Positions 15,190 through 28,267 of a DNA stretch of 63,388 nt are shown here, piece by piece. Each line of letters starts with the position of its first letter. Positions within the stretch are counted from its first letter, which is position 1. The notes under the pieces are model-generated. The model worked only from the letters and a program-made list of their open reading frames with translations, had not been told where the DNA came from and searched no databases. The position numbers and the translations under genes are program-made. The DNA is from Streblomastix strix (lineage: Eukaryota): contig SNRW01000002.1 of NCBI GenBank assembly GCA_008636045.1, positions 1 through 63,388 of the forward strand, given 5' to 3'.

Positions 15190-15990
15190 AGGATGCTAAG
15201 GCCGTGGTTGCTTCTATTTATTTCTATAAGTCTAAAAATCATTTGCGTACTATTGTCATCCCCAGTAGGATGTGTAATTGGGTACTTGTCATGCGCACCG
15301 TTCTTAGTTTAAGTATCTTGCATATTTTAGTCTTTTTTTTATAGACTAACTTTTTTTCAATAGTTCTTTTTCAGATCTTAAAAGCAGAAAGTCCATGTAA
15401 AGTATTACTTTTTTTTTCTTGTTGAATTTATTATTTTATTATATTTAATAAGTTCATTCTTCCTCATTGGTTCACTCGCAAATGCAATACTTTTTGCATT
15501 TTTAGTACTATTCCATATATTATTGATAACAGTACCATAAGCATACTCACTTCAGTTATTTTTGTCCTTCATTCTATTTTTTATCGTATCTTCTGTGATT
15601 GGAACTGAAATACTCCACGCATTTACATCACAGAGAGTAGATGAATCCACGATTCCAGTATTTATTTATATAATTATTTTCCTAATTATCTCTATATAAT
15701 TATTTTCCTAATTATCTCTATATAATTGCAAACTAGATAAAAAGGAGATAGAATACATTAGTTTCCGATGGTAAAATTACTTTACTTATATAACAATCCC
15801 AGGCAAGAGAGACTTAATAAATTGAAAATGATGAAAACGAGGAAACTGGATCGGAGGGTTTAGCAGACATTATTATGGTTGGTGTATCCCAAGTCTAAGA
15901 TAATATCTATCCAAATGCACAGGATAATCGAATTCCAGAAACATTATTTTCAATAAATGGTTCAACAAATTGAATAACAAACAATGCTTG
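15190..15990 (-). pseudogene. Possible gene fragment of unknown function
   Basis: Protein-like stretches (FVEPFIENNVSGIRLSCAFG...WDTPTIIM...; TGIVDSSTLCDVNAWSISVP...) are separated by AT-rich intron-like segments. No clear start and one internal TGA. Confidence 0.3.
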
Positions 15991-16021
15991 TAAATAAATA
16001 TATAATTTATTAAATAAAATT

Positions 16022-19000
16022 TCATGAATCCCTCTCAGACTTTTTCAAGTCGTTAATGATAGATTAATCGCCATTAGAACTAAATATTGCTATAAGTGGT
16101 TATCCAGGTTGTATTCTATCACGGTTTTTCTTGGAAATTGATGGAAATTTATCTAAAGAGTTTGGGAAGTGTGAATTCTGGTGAAGAACAAACACTTTAA
16201 ATTCGCTGATGTAATCTTTGATTGGGTCTTTCCTTCTCAAATTATTATTCTTTTATTAATTTTCTAATTTGTCGGATCCTTGTCTTAATCTTTGTTCTTC
16301 AGGTCTGTTAGTATAATATGAATTATTCTTTAAGTTTTCTCTAGCAAGAGAGGCAATGATATGATTATTATCGCGAAGCATTCGCCCTTCAAGCTTATGT
16401 TTCATTGATTTTTTTGCTTCAAAAGCCTTTTTCCCAATTTTCTTAGCTTATTCTTTCTTCTCTTTCACAAACTACATTGCTTCATTTTTTTCTTATTTTG
16501 ATATCTTTGAGTTCTTCTAAATAAGCTTCTCTTATACAGCTTTCTCAAAACTTCCTTCTCCATAACCAGTCAATCCAGCTGTTTAATTTGGAGTAGAGTA
16601 ATTATCAATCCATAAACCTTATTAATAATTCGTGTTATATCCACTGAATCCAAATTGTATTCTTTAAAGATTGTTAAATGTTCCGATTCCAGGAATTGCA
16701 GGAGTTATTATTGCGATTTAAGGAGTATTTAAACCCATCAAGTTAAATCCGCTGCTAAAGTTAGGTGTTAAAATTGATCCACCAAATTAATTGTAATTAG
16801 GATTTAGCGCAATCTGAAAGTTTGAATAGTTTGCAACACCTTATAAATTCATTCCACTATAAATATTATTATTCAAATTTATTCCATGATCGTTCATCTA
16901 AATATCAGACATTCCTGGCCCTGTATATTCTTCATTTCCACTCCATTATTAAGCCATTATCTCAAGTAACTCTAACTAAGCAAATGAATATCCGTTAGCC
17001 ACAACAATTACGCACACATCACACTGTATCATAGGATCGTATCTCTCAGTGCGTGGAGGGAGTATATCTGCTTCATCTGTTGGAATTTAGGGTGTTGATG
17101 AAAGATATGACGAATCTGTTTGTGTAATAACAGAGGAAGAATCATATTAATTAAATTAAGACGAATATTGAGATGAAATGTCTTTGTTTGAGTTCAAACG
17201 GATTTTATCTGCTTCTGTTTGACGTTTTCTTCGACGCTTTGTTATAAGATTCATTTTCCCTTTGAGTGTTTTTCTGACAAGATCAATAGTTTCCACAAGA
17301 AATGCATTAACTTTTAATAACTTTTCATCAACAATTCCTTATAGAGGCCATATAGCTAGTTTTCTCATTGAATCTCGTAGATGAAGGATATTATAATAAA
17401 TATGCTCACTCCAATGTGGGCAGATAGGTGAAAGCAATGCTATGATTACATATGCATATCTTCTTAAAAGACCCATTTCAGGATTTGACTTATTAATAAC
17501 TTCTCTAAAGTTTTACTCAATATTTTATTATTATTACTAAAGTTCAAGAATTTCCTTGACTGATTCTTCATCTTATTCATTGGTTTTTAAATCTTCAATT
17601 TATGATTCAATATTATGCATCTATTATTCATACAAATGTCTTAAGTGAGTTCGAGTAATCTCAAGATTTTTTTCATAGTTATTTCTTGCTTATCGAAGTT
17701 CATTGAATATAAGTTAAACAATCTCACCATATTCTCCATTCAAATATAATTTATCTGCCCTTAATATTGCTAAATTAATCTATGAACGGAATATGGCAGC
17801 ATAAAGGAGCATAACTGTGACATTTGAGCTTGAAATAGAAAAAGGTGAAGAACCATAAGAAGAAGGACTACTTATTGGATTAATTTCATCGTATGAACTT
17901 TAGATTGAACCTAAATTTTCTGGAGTTGATGAATTTGGTATATAATCATTCATTATGCCTTATTTTTCAATGCCAAGAAAAGACCCACTTTTATCATCTT
18001 CGTCATCATCTACTAGATATGACTCATATCCAACAACAAAACAATAATCACATTCACAATCATTATCTGTTTCTTGTTAATCTTCTTAGTTATTCCTATT
18101 AACAGATTAATTTGGACTTTGAATTTAATTATCTCCTTTTAATTCATTTGATTATGGAGTTGCATTTGAATACATGGAAGCGGAAAATGCTGAAATAACA
18201 GATTTTCCTTCAAATTAACGATCAATTTAGGAATAATATTGTGGTAGTTTCTCTAAGAATAAATCTGGATCATAAGTTCCTTTTCTTTTCTATTTCTTTC
18301 TCTTTTCTTCTATTTTAATTTCAATGGCTTTCTCAAATTTCCAGTGTTCTTCTTCTTCAATTTCTTTTTGTCTCTCAGTTTTTTATTCTTCTTTTCTTTT
18401 CTTTCTCTTCTCTTTATTTTCTTCTTTTTGTTTCTTTATATCTTCAGCATTTGCAATAATTTCTTTATTTTCATCTCCAGTATATTAATAGTGCGAAAAG
18501 GATGATGATGAATAATCTTCAGACTATTCTGAGAAATAGAAAGATAGATCTTATTCTTTATTATCATCTTCTGAATCAGTTATCCGATCTTCAAAATACT
18601 AATCATTATTTAATTCTTATTCATCTTCATCTTCATCTTTTTAATTTTATTATTAATTTTTAATTATATCTTCTTTATTGTCTTTAATTTCATCAGCATT
18701 ATCTTATTATGACATAGATTAATCTTCATCTAATTAAGATGAATATTCATCAGAATATTCATCATCACTTTCATCATCATCTTTCTAGTTTTTAACTTTT
18801 CCAATATTCAGATTCTCTTATGATTTGATGGTATGAATTGAGATTCTATCATTTCTATCAAATTCATCATCTACAACTGAGATTATATTCATTACTTGGT
18901 TTTATGTTACTATCTAAATTGGCGATCCTTGAATATTCAAATTATTTGACCTATAGTTATCATCATCTTCATTTATAGATTTTTGTTTCTTTTGTTTTTT

Positions 19001-22000
19001 CTTATTCTTCTTCTTTTCTTTATACAACATTTATTTATCCCTCTTTCTTTTTAATTCCTATTCTTAATCATATTCTTCAATTTAGGAAGATTGTTCACTA
19101 AATATGTCAGTATTTCCATCTCTTGAAACTATTTTAACTTCCTAGCCTTTATCAAAATAGTCAACGTTTTCTAATATTTTATTAATAAAAATATTTTCCA
19201 TCCATTAAAGTTCTCTATTTAAAACACCAATAATATCTGTTGCATATGAATCTATATAAGATATATTATTTGTTTAGAATCTCCACCGAGAACAAACAAA
19301 CGCAATTCTTAAAGCATCACTTGGATGTTTCATAAGTAATACATGAAATTTGGAGTCAATCTCTTTTAGAAGTGGACTGTTGGAATATTCTTAATTTTGC
19401 TTCTTTTACTTTTCTTATTCTTCATCTATGATCATTTCACCCAAAACTCGTAATCCCTTTGGCTGTTAATCTGCTTTAACAAAGAATTGAGCATGATGAA
19501 ACACATGAGACAACATTTGTTAGCTCAGTTAATGCCTACTAATAACTCGGATGTCTGATGGATACCAATACAAGAATTCTGATCTCAATTCTTCAAGTAC
19601 AAAATGAGGAAGCGGTTCAGGTTGTGATTTGACGTTCAATTCATATTCCTCACTGTTCTAACTAATACTATTAATTGATGTTGATTTAGTGAATTTATCA
19701 TTTAAACTTCCACTTAGATTTTGTGTTATACTGATTCCTAATTTTTCTCTCTCTTTCATTCTCTATAAACGAAGTTCTCTATTTTGTTCAAGTTGCTTCT
19801 TTGCTTCTAAATGATCATCACTACAACAAAATATATAATCCCAAACATCACTTGTCATTTATTATGCTTATATTTTATAAATGGTATTATTTGTATCCTT
19901 GGATTATATTCCATTGTTTAGAATATGTGCAATAGGGAATAGTAACATACTCATGGCTTGATATAATTATGGATCAATTGTATATTCAGAATAATCATCA
20001 TTTGAAAGGAATAATTCTTCTGGATCAAGTCCCAATGCTTTTTCTTCTTATTCATTTCCATCATCGGCTAAATTTAATTTACATCCAAGTCCATTATTAT
20101 GAGTAAGAACTTTATCTTTTGCATTTGCTAAAAAGTTGAAGAGTTATAATCGTGTTTCATCTTACTATACTATATTTCCTCCAGTAACTTGCTATTATGC
20201 TTGTGGCTATTAAACATTCCCTTATTATTACTCATTTGTCTAATTTGCATTTGTATTTGTTTCATTTTGACTATTTAATGGAATTGATCCACCAACTGCT
20301 GCTGAAATTTATTTTCCAAATTAAGCAAGTAACATAATTTAACTGCTTGGTTTTATGTCTTATATATTCATCTGAAGTAAGCAAACTGTTGATTTATCTC
20401 TCCAATCTTACTAACTATATTAAAGAGTCCATTATCTTGTTAATCTGACCACACACTCATCTCCATATACTGACTATGTTGGTTTAGAAGGTTCAAAATA
20501 AATAAATCCCAATTGATTCCCATATTAAATTCTGTCATTCTTTGTCTATTCAGGAATTTATTTCCCTCCTCCATAATTGATAATATTCTATTTGAGAACA
20601 TCCCTCGCTTGTGTCAAAGCCATTCCTTTACAGGGACCATCAGCAATTGTTCCTAAAGTAAATGCCTATTGGAGTAATGCTGCTTTTGCTCTTTGTATTG
20701 CAGCAGCTTCAAGTGGATCTTCATGATGAATTGGAAGCCTAAGGAGTTTCGTTTTCCCACTTCGACGCTCTTTAAAGAATTCATTATTATTAGACTCTTT
20801 TATTGGATTGAATATTTTAAACTTTTAACTAAGAGATTACTACTCTTTTTCTTCTTTCTTTTAATTATATTTCTAATTATTCTTCTTTTCTTTTAATTTT
20901 TTATTTTCTTTTTCGCTTCTTTCAATATCTTATACCCTTTCTCTTTCTTTTTATTTCAATTTCTCATCTTATTTTACTTTTATTCTCTTATTCTTCTAAT
21001 CTTTTTCTTCTTTTTCTTTTCTGATCAACTCTTTATATGCAGCTAATGTTGTCTCTGCTGTCATAAACCCCTTTTCATTATATCCAGGAACATTGACTGG
21101 ACATTTCATATTAAATGAAGAATTCCATTCAAAATCTGTTGAATAATCTTCATGACTGATTTATTCATTTACTAACTCTTCATATCCTTCATGTCCTTGA
21201 TCACCATTCCCACCAAATAATTATATATTCTCTTCCATTTAGCTCAAATCCATTTCTAAAACTTCTCCATCTTAATGAACAAGCGCTCGCATCCAAACTC
21301 TAAGACCTATTGTATGAGTAACTTTTGTATATGATATCTTCTCTTTTGGTTATTTACTTTATTTAATCATTTCTTTATATACAAAAAGTTATTCAGGATT
21401 GTACGACACACAGGCTTCAACAAATCCAGTTCCTCTTTCAGTAACAACAAAATCACCAGGAAGCACAAAATATTGCATTCCACGATCTTCATAATATGAG
21501 TAATTATATTCACCCAATTCTTCAGCTGATATGCACAACACTGTATCATCATTATCATCTTCTGTTTAACTTTAATCGTCTTCTCCATCAGATGTGCTTC
21601 CATCTGAAATGAGAGATGATCTTTAGCTACTTTAAATTGAATCTAAACTTCCTGATGGATATGAAGGAGAATCTGTAAATAGATTTGATTGAAATTACTC
21701 TTTTTATTATAATTACATAATTGGAGTTATTTGTTATGATGAAGGCGAAGTTGTAGATTAATCTTCTTCATCTTATTATTTTTATTGCTAGTAAATTGCT
21801 TGTTATGAACTATGAGATCCTTATGAGTGATGACTAAGTGAATTAGAATGCGGAATAGATAAGGATGAAGCTTTCATATAAGAACAAGATAAAGTTACTC
21901 TTCCGTGAATGGCTGCTGATGCTGATGATGATGTTATGTCTGAAATTGAGGAAAAGTTCGATATTTCATTTGAAATATTATTGATCTGTTGATTTTCTTG

Positions 22001-23770
22001 ATAATTGTTTGTATCAATTAAATTTAAAGCAGATATTTCAGTTTATGAAGGAAGTTAAGTTGAAGGTGTGGATATTGAAATGAAATCTTTTTGTTAAGAT
22101 GTATTTTTTTCTCCTTTTACGCTTTTAACTATTTATTCTTATTCAATATTATTTCTATTGATCTTAGCTTCCCTTGCCTAATTTCTAAGATCCAGTTTAG
22201 TTTCAGAAATCTTTTCTTATAGTCTCAATTTGATCTCAGCCAACATCTTATCTCTATTTTCCTTCTTCAATGCTTTAATCTTCCTATCAGTATCTCTCTC
22301 TCATTCTTCTTCGCTCTGATCATTAATTATCTTTTATTATACAACTTCAGATATTTATCCAACATTCATCATTCTTCCTTTTCTACCTACTTTGAGGGGA
22401 TTAGCAAGAATACGGAGTCCAATGAGATCATTACTATGGATATCGAATACATGCAAATCTTCAAGTGTTAATCCCAAGCTTTCTAAATGAATGCATCTTT
22501 GATTATATAAATTATGAGCAGCACGATGTGTGCATATAATAATTTGAGTAAGCAACTTCATATGAGGACATTATTCTAAGTGATTCATTATTAATTAATC
22601 AGTGTTATATGATTCATTATTATCATTATTAATTGAATGGAAAACAGATGTCTGTGATTGTTCAGGTGAAGATGATGAGTAAAAAGTTGATATTGGAGAT
22701 TAATCATTTGGATATGGCATAAGATAACCTCCCAATTTAATATTTGGTTTAACCCACAAACCCATTTAATTTAATAACGATTCTGGTCTTAGAGTTGATG
22801 ATACACAATATATTGGAAAGTGAGATATAGATTAATAATTTCGAGGTTTCATGTACTTCAAGAAGAAATCATGGTGACTTAAATTTATAAGATTGGGATC
22901 TTTTTTGTTATCATCTGATGCTATAGTATCTGCAGGAATAATAAATTTATCAAAAGAAGGCATATCAATGAGTTTATGCTTAATTAATAGAAACTCCATT
23001 GGTACTGTATCAATTCCTATCTTCCTATCATGGCTTAAACACATTTATTTCATCTTCTCAGACCAAATTACTGGCTCAATCTTATTCCTCAAACGCTTAT
23101 AATCTCTTAAAGATTCCATCTACCAATCAATAAATGACTGAAAGAATTAATTACTCTGATGTAACATCATAGATCTTCTCCAATCTACTCTTAATCCCAA
23201 TTTATTTGCATCTTTCTATTTAATTAAGATTTAAAGTTATTATACATAATAATAATAAATTAATAAATAATAATCATACCTTTCCAACTTCTTTAAAAAA
23301 ATCTAGCCAACGGTTTGTGTCTTTAAATTAATATAAATTTTCGTCATTTATATCAAAATCATTTAGAAACTTTGAGATATAATTCTGACTTTTACCTGGA
23401 AAATCAATTTCTTCCTTCAATTGTTTAGATAAGGCCTAATTATAATATGAAACAAAAAACAAATATTTTCATTAAATGTAAAAGAAAAGCAAACATCTAT
23501 TAAAGCACTTGAAAATGGGAAATGCAATGAATATAGAACATTCTGTCCCTTTAGAGCATAATAATTCGCAATAACATCAGCAGTAACAGCTTCGTATGCA
23601 TCATTAACTGTAAGTGCAAATCCAGATGGTCCTCCAATAGTTACAAGAAGTTTAGTTTTATTTCTATCAATATTTGTCTCAAAATTATTATCTTTCATCC
23701 ATTTTTCTGAAGATTGCTTCTAAATCTCACGAAGAATTTTTATCTCATCTTCATTAATTGCAATATTCAT
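16022..23770 (-). CDS. Leucyl-tRNA synthetase (eukaryotic/archaeal type) paralogue with degenerate HIGH, KMSKS and editing motifs and large low-complexity insertions (~2500 aa)
   Basis: Colinear LeuRS motifs: LGLRVDWRRS, SFIDWQ, CLSHDRKIG, STLRPES, ICTHRAAHNL, VLPGDFVVTERGTGFV, GDECVVRLTRQW, QMTSDVWDYIF, LRSEFLYWYPSDIRV, SDALRIA, LLSPICPHWSEHI, IQPGQP. Two introns near the 5' end, then one ~7.2 kb exon with a single in-frame TGA at 22301-22303. Stop TGA at 16022-16024. Confidence 0.9.
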
Positions 23771-23941
23771 ATTAAGTCTATTTCTATTTACAGCAGAAGT
23801 TAAAACCAAAAATATTTATAAAATGTTAAAAATAATATTAAATGTGTTAAAAAAAGTCATATATGAATTTTTTATTAAATGAGATAAGTTTTGCAAACGA
23901 GTTTGAAGGAGATAAAATTAATTTTATAAATTATTGAATTC

Positions 23942-24500
23942 TAAGTTCAAGCATGGTTTCAATAAAGATGTTCAATAAAAATTGGAAATAAAAGGAAAAA
24001 TAATTTGATGTTCTTCGCGAGGAGATTCCAATTCTCTAAAGTGTTAATATTATGTGTGTTAACATGAAAATATGGAATAATATTTAAAAGTATATATTAT
24101 ATTTTGTTGTATTTATTAGAGCGTGCACCGCATGCGTTTTAGTGAATAAATAATCAGCATAGTTTTGTGGTGTTGAAGAGTTAAAATATCATTTAATATA
24201 TTCATAAATGCAAAGATATATATTTTATAAATGGATTAAATAATTATATAGCAAATAAAAAATTGAGTATAAAGCGGTGTAAACATGAATAATTTATTTC
24301 TTTAATCAGAGTCTGTGGATCATTATTCTGATCGTTGATGTTGTAATTTAAACATATAAATGTAATTCATAAAATAAATTATGTATTTTCAAACTTGAAA
24401 TTTCTTGTGACTTCTAAAACGTGAGCAAATTATTTTTTATTAAAAACACAGATTTTACGACAGTACAAAGATTATAATCTAAAATTGCATTACAATAATA
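23942..24500. repeat. Dispersed intergenic repeat, copy A (~560 bp)
   Basis: Shares long near-identical blocks (gagcgtgcaccgcatgcgttttagtgaataaa; ctttaatcagagtctgtggatcattat; gtattttcaaacttgaaatttcttgtg) with 27564-27902 and 45697-46250, all in the same orientation. Confidence 0.9.
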
Positions 24501-24585
24501 ATTAAATGCTGAAAATTACTAAATGTTAACAATAATAATAAATTGACGTTATTATTATTATTTTATCTATAAAAGGCTATTAAAC

Positions 24586-27405
24586 TCATTCAGTGTTTGG
24601 ATTTGAAGTATCATTGAATTCATAAATGATACTTCCACTTTTTTTATTTTTTGGTGGAGGTGGAATGGATGGAAATTAAATAGATGGGCGAGATTGAGTG
24701 TTATTCTAGGTTATATGTTTAGGTGATGGATATGGAGGAACTTTGGGAATATTTTAAGTTGCATGTACTGGTTACAAAGGAGATTAAGGAAATGGCAATC
24801 TGGGAATTCCATTTAGTACTGAATTAGATGAATGGGATTATTATTCTTAAATGTTAGATTGTACTGTCTATGAAATCATTGATTGGTGGAGTCTTGGAAG
24901 TTTAGGTGGTAATTGTGTCAATTTAGGAAATTGAGGTAATAATTAAGGTAATTAATTATTAATATCATTTAATATTCCCTTATTATTATTCTCATTTTAA
25001 TTTCTTTATTTTAATTATTAATGAGATACATCAAATTATTTCTATTTTTATTACATATTTTATTATTGGGATCTTTCTTTTTCAATTTTCTCTTATTATT
25101 TCACTTATAACTCTTTCTCTTATTATTTCATTTATAACTCTTTATCTTATTATTCCCTTATTAATTTCTCCTATTCTTTTTCTTTCTCTATTCTTTCACT
25201 TTCCTTCTACTTTTCCCTCAACAATTCTTCTTATTCTTATTTTGATCTATTTTCTCTTAATTAAATCTAAATTCTTCTTTTTTATCTTTCTTCTTCAATT
25301 TATTTTTATTTCTTAGCTTATTCTGCTTCTTTCAGCTTAATCTATTAAATATCTTCTTCAAAATTATTAAATTTTGGTACTTCAACAGTTCCTTCATCTG
25401 GATTAATACCATCTTAGAATTGTTGATTGAATAGTAATCTTCTATAATATGGGAATATATTAAGTCCTGTGGGATTGCTAGTATTAGTTTGTGTTGTGGG
25501 GTCCTGCGTATTTTTATTCGTTTTTACTTCTTCTTTGAAAGAATCTTCTATAAAATCATATGGTGATATTTTTAACTATTATGCTGTTGATTCAAATGCT
25601 GTATTTGCAATAATCTTCAATTATTCTCCAATATGTATTTGATTATTTTCATGCAATGACTCAGCAATTTATAATAAAACAAGTTTGCTTAATTATTGTG
25701 TTTCAACAAAAGCCAAAAGCCAATCTAATAAAGCAATACCTTGAATAAAATTATCAGAAAATGGAGAGAAAGGAGAATTTATTATTGATTATGGGCTAAT
25801 ACTATTGAGAGCATTTATGAGATTGGTTGGGATGCTTATTTTCTATTCAGATTCATTTGAATTGTTCGCTAATTGTGCTTATTATTCAATATTTTGACAT
25901 TATTATCTCAATTGGTTAAGCGCAAACTCAATTCGAAGAAGATCTAATTTATTTTCATTTTATTCATTATCTACTTATTAAATTGATTATTCTTATTAAA
26001 TTGATTATTCTTATTAAATTGATTATTCTTATTAAATTGATTATTCTTATTAAATTGATTATTCTTATTAAATTGATTATTCTTATTAAATTGGTTATTT
26101 TTCTTAAACTAATTATTCTTATTATATTAATGGAATTTTCTTCTTATTTTCTGCTTTGTTTTACTCCTGTTTTTATTCTTTTTCAATTATTTTATTCTTC
26201 TTCTTCTTCTTCTTCTCAATCATTGATTATTTATCATTCTTTTCTTTATTATTATTAATAATTTATTTGGTATCTATAATCCCCAATAATTCTTTATTAA
26301 TTGCTTCGAATTCATTTTCATCTCCAGCTGATGCCAATGTTATCTTTGATATTTATTACTTGGGTTTATTCTTTGTTTTTTTCAACATGTTTTCAATTGA
26401 TTCATTTAATAATTAATCTGATTAATCATCATCATCTTCATTGCTTATATCTATAACATTCTCATTATTTATTAAATTCATATTTTTTCTATTTAATTTC
26501 TTTGATTATCTAGTAATATATTCATTTTTAGAATGATCCTTGTTTTTATTACCATCTTCTTATTAATTTTCATTTATTTCATCTTTTTCCATTTATTTAT
26601 TCAACTCATTGTCATCATTTCTATTTTAACCATCAAATTCTTCAGTATTACTTTATTATTCATTCTAAGCATCATATTCTGATTCTGAATCTTTTATTAT
26701 TCTTCTTCTTTTCCTTCCTTTATTCTCAACACCATCCAAAGTTTTATTTTCTTATTCAATATTTTCTTAGTCAATATTTTCATCTCTTTTTCTTTTCACT
26801 TTCCTTGCTTTATTACTTTTTCTTCTATTTAATGATTTTCTTGATTTATTCTTATTTAATATTTCAATATTATTATCATCGCTTTCAACATCATCATCAC
26901 TTTCAATAACAATAAACATTTTATTCTAATTTTATCTATTTTCTTTTTTATCTCCCTAAGAATTCATGTCATTTTCCTTATCCATAATCATTTCTTTATT
27001 ATCTTATTATTATTGTGAATTTCTATTCTTTTAAATCTTTTAATTTTTTTGAGTCGTATAAAGTGAAGATTACTTTATAATTGATAATGTAGGAATTATA
27101 ATATTGTTGCTTTATGAAGATTATTATTGAAAATCTTTGTTTTGTTCATTTTCCCATTTCAATTTGATATTCTCTATTGTTTCATTTATATTTTCAGAAA
27201 TATTATCACTTACTCTTTCACCTCTCAGTACATTTGATACAAAATAAATCTTATTCTCTTTTAATTTAATTACTTTTAATTTGATCTTTTTTTGCTATTC
27301 TTCTAATTCCTGATCATTTGTGAGATCTATTGCAATACCCAATTATTTTCGTAAATGTTAATACTTATATCGGGATTTGTCTTCTTCCATCACAATCTAC
27401 TTCAT
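24586..27405 (-). CDS. Hypothetical single-exon protein (~940 aa); charged/low-complexity, Pro-rich C terminus
   Basis: One frame from ATG (27403-27405; MKQIVMEEDKSRYKY...) to TGA (24586-24588) with TAR=Gln. No domain recognised. Confidence 0.75.
25974..26099. repeat. 18-bp coding tandem repeat, ~7 copies (peptide QSIQQE on the - strand)
   Basis: Unit cttattaaattgattatt repeated in tandem; last copy diverged. Confidence 0.9.
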
Positions 27406-27563
27406 AAATTGGTGAAAACAGAAAAAAAATGAAAAATAATTGTATTCAAGCTAATAAGTTTTTATTTTTACTTAAATTAGCATGCTTGTCAAAAATAAAT
27501 CTGATAAATGATGTTAGTTTTCTGCATATTGCACTATTCTTGTATTATAATTAATAAAAATAA

Positions 27564-27902
27564 TTTGTTGTATTTATTAGAGCGTGTATCGCAAGTGTTT
27601 TAGTGAATAAATAATCAGCATAGTTTTGTGGTGTTGAAGAGTTAAAATATCATTTAATATATTCATAAATGCAAAGATATATATTTTATAAATGGATTAA
27701 ATTAGTATGTTGCTCATAAAAAATTGAGTATAAAGCGGTGTAAACATGAATAATTTATTTCTTTAATCAGAGTCTGTGGATCATTATTCTGATCGTTGAT
27801 GTTGTAATTTAAACATATAAATGTAATTCATAAAATAAATTATGTATTTTCAAACTTGAAATTTCTTGTGGCTTCTAAAACGTGAGCAAATTATTTTTTA
27901 TT
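27564..27902. repeat. Dispersed intergenic repeat, copy B (partial, ~340 bp)
   Basis: Nearly identical to 24103-24440. Confidence 0.9.
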
Positions 27903-28267
27903 TAAAGCGAAATAATTAAGTATTCAGACTTCAATTGAATTTTATTTATAATTAATTTAATAAAATTGATAATCAAGTTTTAAATTCTACTATAAATCTT
28001 AGTATTAGTTTCAGTGATTAGGCACGGGTCATAATTATTTATTTTATTTGAGAAAGCTATAACTGTATCTAAACAAATTTCTTGCCAAAAAATATAACTG
28101 TTTGCATTAATTTAATTATTTTTATCCATTAAAATAAAAAAATTCACATTTTAACTCAATTTCGGCTCCTAGAATAGCTTACAAAAAAATTTCAATAAAA
28201 ACCTAATTTTAGTTAGAAATAGATTATTAAACAACTTAAATTATTTGCCCTGTTTTTAATCAGTTTG

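Noticed and set aside
15665..15727. 26-bp tandem duplication (a similar 23-bp one lies at ~4049-4095)
   Set aside because: Local slippage duplications in AT-rich intron-like sequence, with no evidence of function.
25974..26099. Regular short repeats suggestive of a CRISPR array
   Set aside because: Head-to-tail 18-bp units with no spacers, inside a eukaryotic coding exon.
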